Assembly: GCA_964252655.1 (NCBI GenBank)
Contig: CAXUNR010000001.1
Location: 151,863 to 215,862, forward strand
Source of the DNA: an uncultured Acidobacteriaceae bacterium
GTDB lineage: Bacteria > Acidobacteriota > Terriglobia > Terriglobales > Acidobacteriaceae
Length of the DNA stretch: 64,000 nt
Direction of reading: 5' to 3'
Part shown: one piece after another, positions 56,880 through 64,000 of the stretch
Layout of the letters: the number at the start of each line of letters is the position of its first letter
Numbering within the stretch: the stretch's first letter is position 1
Made by a program: the position numbers and the translations under genes
Notes under the pieces: model-generated
What the model was told of the DNA's origin: nothing
Database searches by the model: none
Seen by the model: the letters and a program-made list of their open reading frames with translations, nothing else

Positions 56880-58661
56880 TTACCTCTGTCCATCGATCCA
56901 AGCCTGCACTCTCTGATCCATCGTTTCGAGCGGCAGCGCCCCGCCATCCAGAATCTCGTCGTGGAACTGCTTCACGTCGTACTTCGCCCCAAGCTGCTTC
57001 TGCGCGCGGCTACGCAACTCGGTGATTTTTAGCTGGCCCAGCTTGTACGCCAGCGCCTGCGCCGGCCACGCAATGTAACGATCCGTCTCCGCCTGCACGT
57101 CAGCCTCGTCTTCTCCTGAATGCTGATGAAAGTAATCGACCATCTGCTGCCGCGTCCAATGTTTGTAGTGCACACCGGTGTCGAGCACCAGCCGGCACGC
57201 GCGCAACAGCTCATCGTTCAGTCGCCCAAAGTCCGAGTACGGGTCCTGGTAGAAGCCAACCTCCTTGCCCAGGCGCTCCGAGTAGAGCGCCCATCCCTCA
57301 ACGTAAGCCGTATATCCCGCATGCTGACGGAACGCTGGCAGGCTCGGCAATTCCTGCGCAATCGAAAGCTGCATGTGGTGACCGGGGATGCCTTCGTGAT
57401 ACGCGGTCGACTCCGCCGTGAGCAGCGAACGGTGCGGCCAGTCGTAGGTATTGATGTTGACGCGGCCTGGCCGTTTGCCGTCCGGAGTGCCTGGATTGTA
57501 GTCCGCCGCGGCGCCCTCCTTATCGCGAAACGATTCCATCGCAACTACCTCGATCGGCGCCTTGGGCAGCAGTCCGAAGAGCTCCGGAAGCTTCGGCTTC
57601 ATCTGCGCGATGTAGCCGCGATAGTGGTTCAGCAAGTCTTCGGCGCTGGTGGGGAAGGTCTTTGGATTCGTCTTCAGCGACTCGCGAAAGCTCTTCAAAT
57701 CGCTCGCGCCCAGCTTCTTCGCAATCACCAGCTGTTCGGCCTCGATGCGCGCGACCTCGCTCAGCCCCAGGTCATGAATCGCCTCCGGGGCCATGGTAGT
57801 CGTAGTGCTCGACCGGATCGCATACTGGTAAAGCGCATCGCCGTTGGGCAGCGACCACAAGCCTTCACTGGTCCTTCCCGCGGGAGCATAGGTCGTCTGC
57901 ACGTAGTCGGCAAACTTCGCATAGGCAGGCCGCACCTGCGTATCAATGACAGCCAGGATCTCGTCGTGCAGTCGCTTCTGGTCCGCCGCCGAGACCTCCG
58001 CCGGAAAGTGCTTCAACGGCGACGCAAACACATTCGCCTCACCCGCCGGTGTGCCGATCGCACGCGCCTGTGTAGGCACTTTCTCAAGCAGGAACCTCGG
58101 CGGCATCAGCTTGTCCTGCCGTCCCTGTTCGCAGACCGCCGTCGTTTGCTCGAACAGTCTCGGAACCTGCTTCAGGCGCGCAAGATAATCCTCATATTGC
58201 TTCGTCGTATGGAACGGCAGAATAGGCACGAACTGTGCGATGTCCAGGTGAACACCGCTCATTTGGCTCACCGGCATCTCCCACACCTTCAGCTGGTACC
58301 CTTCAAGCCCATCGCGCAGATTGCGCACCATCAGTGCCTGGTTCAGCCGCTCCTGCTCGGGAAAGCCCGTCGTGTCGACCGCCTCAAAGCGCGCCAGCCA
58401 CTGCCGGTTCTTCTCCGCGCTTTCACGAGTGTGCTGGATGGAAACATCGCTCAGCTTGTCGTTGTAGCGATAGTCGCCGATCGAGGTCGCCATCTCGGGC
58501 GATTGCTTCAGCTCGTACTCCCACTCTTCGGCAAGCAGGTTGTTCAGCGCATCGCGCCGCGCGGCCAGAGGTGCGGTGTTCTGAGCCTGCAGGCTACTCA
58601 TGCAGAAACATCCAAGCAGTACGGCTGCCACAGTCCATTGAACCCTCTTGAAGATTGCCAT
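56880..58661 (-). CDS. DUF885-family exported protein (putative metallopeptidase-like)
   Basis: 593 aa with a signal peptide and the motif YHEGIPGHHMQ, typical of DUF885. Confidence 0.8.
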   Translation of the reverse strand: MAIFKRVQWTVAAVLLGCFCMSSLQAQNTAPLAARRDALNNLLAEEWEYELKQSPEMATSIGDYRYNDKLSDVSIQHTRESAEKNRQWLARFEAVDTTGFPEQERLNQALMVRNLRDGLEGYQLKVWEMPVSQMSGVHLDIAQFVPILPFHTTKQYEDYLARLKQVPRLFEQTTAVCEQGRQDKLMPPRFLLEKVPTQARAIGTPAGEANVFASPLKHFPAEVSAADQKRLHDEILAVIDTQVRPAYAKFADYVQTTYAPAGRTSEGLWSLPNGDALYQYAIRSSTTTTMAPEAIHDLGLSEVARIEAEQLVIAKKLGASDLKSFRESLKTNPKTFPTSAEDLLNHYRGYIAQMKPKLPELFGLLPKAPIEVVAMESFRDKEGAAADYNPGTPDGKRPGRVNINTYDWPHRSLLTAESTAYHEGIPGHHMQLSIAQELPSLPAFRQHAGYTAYVEGWALYSERLGKEVGFYQDPYSDFGRLNDELLRACRLVLDTGVHYKHWTRQQMVDYFHQHSGEDEADVQAETDRYIAWPAQALAYKLGQLKITELRSRAQKQLGAKYDVKQFHDEILDGGALPLETMDQRVQAWIDGQR

Positions 58662-58715
58662 GGCTGAAGTCTAACGTTCGTGCGATGGGAGCTCCAAGCC
58701 GCGCAACGCGGCTCA

Positions 58716-60341
58716 TTATCTACCCAGTTCAATCAGGCGGACGCTCGCAATGGCTTCGACGTTACGCAATGCGGCAAGCACGTTGGCTGCGGAGGGATCG
58801 CTCGCCGTGTCGACCTGCACGACCGCCAGGGCTTGCCCTTGCGGAACCTTCTGCGCGCGGCCTTGTCTCGCGGTGGCGGGCCGGCCCAGCGCGAAGTTGG
58901 CGATGTTGATGCCGTGCTCGCCCAGGATGGTGCCGATGCGTCCAACCACGCCCGGCACGTCATGGTTGCGGATAGCGACCAGCGTTCCGTTCAGCGGCGC
59001 TTCAATGTCGATGCCGTCGTAGGTCAGCAGGCGAGGAGAGTTGCCATGGAGCACCGTGGCCGACGCGCTGGCGTCACCTTCGCTCGAGTGCAGCGCCAGC
59101 CTGAGCACGGACCCCGAGCCTCCGGGGACGAACTCGCGCTTGTCCTCCTGGATGCGGATGCCGCGCTCCTCGGCAACCGCGGTGGCGTTGATGCGATTGA
59201 CCGATGACTGGCCTTCAGTGTCGGCGAAAATGCCCGCGAGCGCGGCGTTGCGGATCAGGTCGGTCTTGCCCTGGGCGAGCCGGCCCGTGTACGTGATCTG
59301 AATATTCTCGAGGTGACCCGGAGTGGCATGGGCCAGGAAGTTGCCGAGACGCGAGGCCATGTCAATGTAAGGTGCGACCTCGACGTACTCCTCATGCGAG
59401 AGCGAGGAGACGTTGACGGCGTTCTGCACCACGCCGAGCTTCAGGTAGTCGCGCACCTGCATCGCCAGCTGGATGCCGATCGCCTCCTGCGCCTCGTCGG
59501 TCGCGCCGGCGATGTGCGGAGAGAGCAGCACATTGGGCAGGTTGAAGAAAACCGAATCCTTCAGCGGCTCGTGGTGGAAGACATCGAGCGCAGCTCCGGC
59601 GACCCGGCCGGAGCCGAGCCCTTCGGCCAGCGCGGCATCGACGATCAGCTCGCCGCGCGCGCAGTTCACGATGCGGATGCCGGGCTTCATAATGGCGATC
59701 GAGTGCGCGTTGATCATGCCTTCGGTCTGGGTCGTCAGGCCCACATGTAGCGTCAGAAAATCCGAGTTCTTGAAGATATCGTCGAGGTTCGTCAGCGTCA
59801 CGTCGTTCTCGCGCGCGATCACCGGCGCAAGAAAGGGATCGTAGGCGATCAGGTCCATGCCAAAGGCCTTCGCCCGCCGCGCGACTTCAAGCCCAATGCG
59901 CCCGAGCCCCACGATGCCAAGCGTCTTGCCGCGCAGCTCTGAGCCCTGGAGCGACTTCTTGTCCCACACCGCAGTGTGCATGGTCTGGTTGGCGCGCGGA
60001 ATCTGCCGGCACATGGCGATCATCAGCCCCAGCGTAAGCTCGGCGACCGCAACCGCGTTCGCGCCCGGCGTGTTCATGACGACGATGCCGCGATGGGTGG
60101 CCGCGGCAGTATCGATGTTGTCGACGCCTACGCCAGCGCGGCCGATAACACGGAGTTTCGGCGCATGCTCAAGCAGCGCGGCGTCCACCTGTACGGCGGA
60201 GCGGACCACCAGCGCGTCGGCGTCGGCCAGCTCGGCAGCAAGCGACTTAATCTTGTCGGCAGTGATGCAGGTCCAGCCGGGTTCCTGGGTCAACAGGGCG
60301 AGCGTCGCGGGAGAGACTTTTTCAGCGAGAACGATCTTCAT
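58716..60341 (-). CDS. serA: D-3-phosphoglycerate dehydrogenase (long form with ASB and ACT domains)
   Basis: MKIVLAEKVSP..., NAD motif GIVGLGRIGLEVARR, and a C-terminal ACT-like region. AAGGA SD precedes the ATG at 60341. The ORF track extends 50 codons upstream into the hicA remnant. Confidence 0.9.
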   Translation of the reverse strand: MKIVLAEKVSPATLALLTQEPGWTCITADKIKSLAAELADADALVVRSAVQVDAALLEHAPKLRVIGRAGVGVDNIDTAAATHRGIVVMNTPGANAVAVAELTLGLMIAMCRQIPRANQTMHTAVWDKKSLQGSELRGKTLGIVGLGRIGLEVARRAKAFGMDLIAYDPFLAPVIARENDVTLTNLDDIFKNSDFLTLHVGLTTQTEGMINAHSIAIMKPGIRIVNCARGELIVDAALAEGLGSGRVAGAALDVFHHEPLKDSVFFNLPNVLLSPHIAGATDEAQEAIGIQLAMQVRDYLKLGVVQNAVNVSSLSHEEYVEVAPYIDMASRLGNFLAHATPGHLENIQITYTGRLAQGKTDLIRNAALAGIFADTEGQSSVNRINATAVAEERGIRIQEDKREFVPGGSGSVLRLALHSSEGDASASATVLHGNSPRLLTYDGIDIEAPLNGTLVAIRNHDVPGVVGRIGTILGEHGINIANFALGRPATARQGRAQKVPQGQALAVVQVDTASDPSAANVLAALRNVEAIASVRLIELGR

Positions 60342-60361
60342 GGAATCCTTGGGGTTGGGTG

Positions 60362-60558
60362 TCAGAGGTCTTCGGGTTTTAGCAATACGGGCCAGCATGG
60401 TTGGACCGATTTCAGAGGATTCATGGAAGCCCCAGGTGAAGTCAGCAAATCCTTCACGTCGAAGCTGAACGTGAGAACAGCCCTTGATCATGAGGTGCTC
60501 TACCCAGCCGATACGATGAAGTGCACGAAGGACTTTCCTTGCTTTCGAGCTTGGTCAT
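60362..60558 (-). pseudogene. hicA: HicA-like toxin gene disrupted at both ends
   Basis: The frame reads (P)SSKARKVLRALHRIGWVEHLMIKGCSHVQLRREGFADFTWGFHESSEIGPTMLARIAK. The only ATG (60558) is one nucleotide out of frame. After ...IAK, the natural ending PEDL-TGA (stop at 60362-60364) is again one nucleotide out of frame, beyond a T4/A4 run (60377-60380). Confidence 0.55.
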
Positions 60559-60562
60559 GAAC

Positions 60563-60763
60563 TCATGCCGTCGCAAATTGGACGGGGCTCGTGGTGGTGT
60601 TTTCCCGTTCCATTCGATTAGCAATCACCCGCAAGGCCATCGCTTCGACTTTTGACTCAGCTTCTTCCTTAGAGTGTCCATACGTCATCACTCCAGGAAG
60701 CGCTGAGATCTCGGCGATCCAGCGCCCGTCCTCTTCCTGCTCAAATTCAATCTGAAAATTCAT
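60563..60763 (-). CDS. hicB: HicB-family (UPF0150-type) antitoxin
   Basis: 66 aa. MNFQIEFEQEEDGRWIAEISALPGVMTYGHSKEEAESKVEAMALRVI is the canonical HicB N-terminal fold pattern. Confidence 0.8.
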   Translation of the reverse strand: MNFQIEFEQEEDGRWIAEISALPGVMTYGHSKEEAESKVEAMALRVIANRMERENTTTSPVQFATA

Positions 60764-60835
60764 TGCAGTCACCTTTCCGGCAAGTCGTTCGACGTTGCCA
60801 GAGCACGTAAACCAACTCACTCATGGTAGCGGAAC

Positions 60836-62053
60836 TCAGGCAGGCCTGTGTCTCCGCGCGACGCGGTTGGGTGGTCTCGCGGGCGGTCGAGCCGGCTCCG
60901 GCGGCATGGGCGGCAGGCCGCACACCGCCAGTAGAAGGTCGTTGGCAGCCTTGAAGACGTTGAAGCGAGTCGAACCACGACCTTCCGTGAAGGCGACAAA
61001 CAAAGCGGTATCGCGGGCATGGTTGAGCGCAATGTACGTAACAAAGCCAGCGCCGCCACCGGTCTTCTCGACCAGGTGCGAGGGGTCGTCCGGCGCCAGC
61101 AGATGCATCCAGCCGAGCCCGATGCCGGTGGGTTCGCCGGCATGGTTCAGGCCTTGAACGCTGGTCAAGTTCGACGGCAGCAGATACACGGCCTGCGCTG
61201 CAGAGTGCTGGGCAGGCGTTCCGGAGCGGAGCAAATATTTCAGCCATTGCGCCATGTCGGCCGCCGTCGAGTACAGGCCGGAGCTGGCGGCGGTGGCTTC
61301 TGTGCTGGTGCACGGGCCTTCGTCCTTCGCGGTGCCGAGCAGGCGCGCGCACTGGGGCGGCGTAGGAAAGAAGGTGGTCTGGCGCAGGTGGAGCGGAGTG
61401 AGCGTCTGCTCGGCCAGTAGCTGCGGATAGGGCTTGTGCGCAGCGACCTGCAGGGCGTCCCCAAGAAGATCAAAGCCGGCGTTCGAGTACAGGGCGGCAG
61501 TGCCGGTGGTGCTTCGGAGATGCTGTGCGGGAAGCCAGCGCCAGCGCGTGTCGTAGTCGGGGAAGGTGAAGTGGGGAACGCCGCGGGGTGCGGGCTCCAC
61601 CTCTCGGGGAATGCCGGCGGTATGTGTAGCGAGGTCCGCCAGGGTGATAGGCTTGCCGCGGAAAGGTACACGCGCGCCAAGCGGGGCGAAGCGCTGCAGC
61701 GAGTCGTCCAGCCGCACGATGTGCGCCAAGGCGAGCTTCACGAGTAGGTCGGTGGCGAAGATCTTCGACAAGGAGCAGAGCCGCAGCAGTGACTCCGGCG
61801 TCGGCACCTGCCCGCTGCCGGGCGCGGTCTCGCCGTAGCCACGAAAGAAGACCTCGTCGCCGCGAACAAGGACGAGGACCATGCCGGTAGAGACGGAGCG
61901 CTCAAAGAGTTCGGCGCCAAGAGCATCGGCAGAGGACAGGGGTGGAAGGGCTGCGACCCGATCCGCACCTTGAGCAAAAGCGCAGACGCAAAAGACTAGA
62001 GAGAAGACGAAGTAGCAAAGTCTGCGCAAACAGCCTAGCCTTTGGATGACCAT
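60836..62053 (-). CDS. Beta-lactamase-fold serine hydrolase (class C/EstB-like)
   Basis: Signal peptide, SxxK motif (CSLSKIF) and YxN motif (LYSNAG). ATG at 62053. The upstream part of the ORF is the Uma2 gene read in another frame. Confidence 0.8.
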   Translation of the reverse strand: MVIQRLGCLRRLCYFVFSLVFCVCAFAQGADRVAALPPLSSADALGAELFERSVSTGMVLVLVRGDEVFFRGYGETAPGSGQVPTPESLLRLCSLSKIFATDLLVKLALAHIVRLDDSLQRFAPLGARVPFRGKPITLADLATHTAGIPREVEPAPRGVPHFTFPDYDTRWRWLPAQHLRSTTGTAALYSNAGFDLLGDALQVAAHKPYPQLLAEQTLTPLHLRQTTFFPTPPQCARLLGTAKDEGPCTSTEATAASSGLYSTAADMAQWLKYLLRSGTPAQHSAAQAVYLLPSNLTSVQGLNHAGEPTGIGLGWMHLLAPDDPSHLVEKTGGGAGFVTYIALNHARDTALFVAFTEGRGSTRFNVFKAANDLLLAVCGLPPMPPEPARPPARPPNRVARRHRPA

Positions 62054-62639
62054 ATTTCGGAGCAGTGAAGCTCGAATCCTGCAACAGAGTCCGTACCTGC
62101 TAACCGTCTCTGGTTCTCTAGTGTTTGCGGTGGATGGAACGGCGCGTAAATCGTGACGGTTTCCTGCTGGGGATCGACTAACCAAGCGAGCTTCGCCCCA
62201 TTCTCCAGCCAAATCTGCATCTTCGTTTCTACGAGCACGCGTGCATCGCTGCGCGATCGCACCTCGATGACAAAGTCGGGGCACCCAGCTTCTGCTCTTG
62301 GCTCAGCGAATTCCAACGCGAGTTTAGAAGCCAGGAAGCATCGGGAGAAAGACAGGAACCGTACAGAAGGTTGAACCCGGTGCTTGGACTAAAAGCTTTC
62401 CCCGTGCCATTCGGCCTTGCCCACGCCATGAGTTCAAAGGAGACAAGCATCTCGTTTTCGCCGCCGATGCCCCCAACCGGGGTCATAATCGTGATTTCTC
62501 CTTGATTGTTGCGCTCAATGCGATAGGTCCGATTCCGTTCAGAAAAGCGCTTTAATTGATCATCTGTCATCGGAACATGAGGGCGAAGCGTGACGGGCAT
62601 AGACAACTCAACCAGTTCGATGGCGATTTCGCGGCTCAT
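62035..62639 (-). pseudogene. Uma2-family (DUF820) endonuclease split by a frameshift
   Basis: ORF 62229-62639 carries the N-terminal half (YRIERNNQGEITIMTPVGGIGGENE...SPDASWLLNSRWNSLSQEQK). ORF 62035-62316 carries the C-terminal half in another frame (GCPDFVIEVRSRSDARVLVETKMQIWLENGAKLAWLVDPQQETVTIY). The junction is near 62280-62300. Confidence 0.7.
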
Positions 62640-62743
62640 CTACTAAGTCTACGACGCACTCGTAGTTTTACGAAGGAAAGCTACTCAACGTAACTTTTTT
62701 TCTTGAGTTCCCAACCGCAACCCAGCAAAATGATGCCACGCGT

Positions 62744-63847
62744 TTGTGGAGGATTTCCGTGCGCTTCACTTTCATTCAGTTTCTGACTCTCTACCTGCCT
62801 CTTGGCCTTGCCGCTCAAACATCCCGAACGGCGGAAACGCCCATTGCTAAATCTGCTGCAATCAATCCGGCTTATGAGTCCGACCCCAAATTTATTGCTG
62901 CTATGGCGGACGCCAAGGATCTCGCCAAAAAGCGCCAGTACGCCTTCGCTGCAGATAATTACAAGAAGGCCAATAAGATTGCCGGTGGAAGCTGCATCGC
63001 GTGTCTGAAACATCTGTATGAGACTGACATGCACCTGGGTGATTACAAAGAGGCGGTGACGGCTGCAACACAAATCGAGTCGTTGGCCACGCTTGCCGTC
63101 GAGAAATCCATCGCCGCCAATGATCGCGGCTTGGCGCTGCTGGCGCAGGGAGGAGAAAAGCCCAAACCTGCCCAACTGGAGGCCGCACACACAGCCTTCC
63201 AGACTGCCCTGAGCGACTACCCGAAAAACATTAGTGCGCAGTATCAGGATGGCTGTGTCTTGGCCAAACAGGGCAAGACGGAGGAGGCCAAACAAGCCTT
63301 CGCCTCCTGCTCTCAGGCTGCTTCTCCCAAAGATCCGATGCGGACACGCGCCGCCCACTTTGCGGAAAACCCGGAGCCCTCGCTTCACAAAATGGCTCCT
63401 GCGTTTGAGGTCACGGCGCTCGATGGAACCCGCTTTAATCTCGACAACATGGGAGGCCGCGTTGTGCTTATCGACTTTTGGGCCACCTGGTGCGGTCCCT
63501 GCAACGCAGAGCTTCCCCATATGCAGAAGATCGTGCGCGACTTCGCCAACGAGCCACTGACCGTCATTAGCATCTCCTGGGACGCCGACGAAGCCAAATG
63601 GAAAGACTTCCTCGCCAAACATGAAATGACTTGGCTGCAATACCGTGACGCCGACCACAAGCTGAGTGACCGCTTTGGCATAAGTGCTATCCCGCACTAC
63701 TTCACTATCGACTCCGATGGTGTACTGACCGCGGAGATACTTGGCTCAGGTAACGACGTGGAAGGCAAGCTGAAGAAGCTAATCAAGCGTGCCAAAGAGG
63801 TCAAGCCTGCCACCGTACAGACGGCCACGGTCTCCGTCACACCTTAA
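62744..63847 (+). CDS. TlpA-like thiol:disulfide oxidoreductase with an N-terminal TPR-like domain
   Basis: Signal peptide, a helical repeat region, then the thioredoxin fold VVLIDFWATWCGPCNAELPHM. The start is uncertain (TTG 62744 or GTG 62759). Confidence 0.8.
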   Translation: MWRISVRFTFIQFLTLYLPLGLAAQTSRTAETPIAKSAAINPAYESDPKFIAAMADAKDLAKKRQYAFAADNYKKANKIAGGSCIACLKHLYETDMHLGDYKEAVTAATQIESLATLAVEKSIAANDRGLALLAQGGEKPKPAQLEAAHTAFQTALSDYPKNISAQYQDGCVLAKQGKTEEAKQAFASCSQAASPKDPMRTRAAHFAENPEPSLHKMAPAFEVTALDGTRFNLDNMGGRVVLIDFWATWCGPCNAELPHMQKIVRDFANEPLTVISISWDADEAKWKDFLAKHEMTWLQYRDADHKLSDRFGISAIPHYFTIDSDGVLTAEILGSGNDVEGKLKKLIKRAKEVKPATVQTATVSVTP

Positions 63848-64000
63848 AGCAGAGGAGCGAAGGATAGTCTCTGGAGGTCATTTCCGAAGTTTATGGTGCG
63901 AGCTGTTGTGACGGCGAAGCGCACGTCTGAACGGATCATTAGCAGGGCTCGTACGATTCGGGTGTTTGCAGCAGCAGACGAGTAGTCTTGCCGATTCAAT

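Overview
This is a 64-kb chromosomal segment with about 55 protein genes. By eye I found no rRNA, tRNA, CRISPR array, transposase or integrase. I infer an Acidobacteriota (Terriglobia-like) origin from gene content: a PEP-CTERM protein, an alternative complex III, an S53 sedolisin, a GH57-DUF3536 enzyme and many Tat/Sec-exported proteins. This is not a database hit.

The centrepiece is a 14-kb, tightly coupled respiratory supercluster at 13.5-27.5 kb. It reads actABCDEF (alternative complex III), one unknown membrane-anchored ORF, an SCO copper chaperone, and caa3-type cytochrome oxidase subunits II, I, III and IV. It looks more AT-rich than its flanks.

The rest is mostly housekeeping (purD, ligA, serA, rnhA, mog-like, aminotransferase), DNA repair (two HhH-GPD glycosylases, a class II photolyase) and envelope or secreted proteins.

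The observations most worth follow-up are:
- Two genes below the 60-aa cutoff of the ORF track: an orphan Flp pilin (29250-29429) and a 58-aa secreted Cys/Met/His peptide. The peptide is followed by an 11-bp-stem hairpin and a 7-TM protein (35.8-37.1 kb).
- A four-gene minus-strand operon at 46.4-50.3 kb: ECF sigma, zf-HC2/HEAT anti-sigma, a protease-less double-PDZ protein, and a radical SAM/SPASM enzyme. It ends at a perfect 20-bp palindrome.
- A Tat-signal-bearing SDR of the tightly-bound-nicotinamide type.
- An intact hicB next to a doubly frameshifted hicA whose reading frame now runs without a stop into serA.
- Two further frame-disrupted genes (an S1 protease and a Uma2 nuclease) in the same 7 kb.

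All functional calls rest on motifs I recognised by eye. None has been checked by a search.
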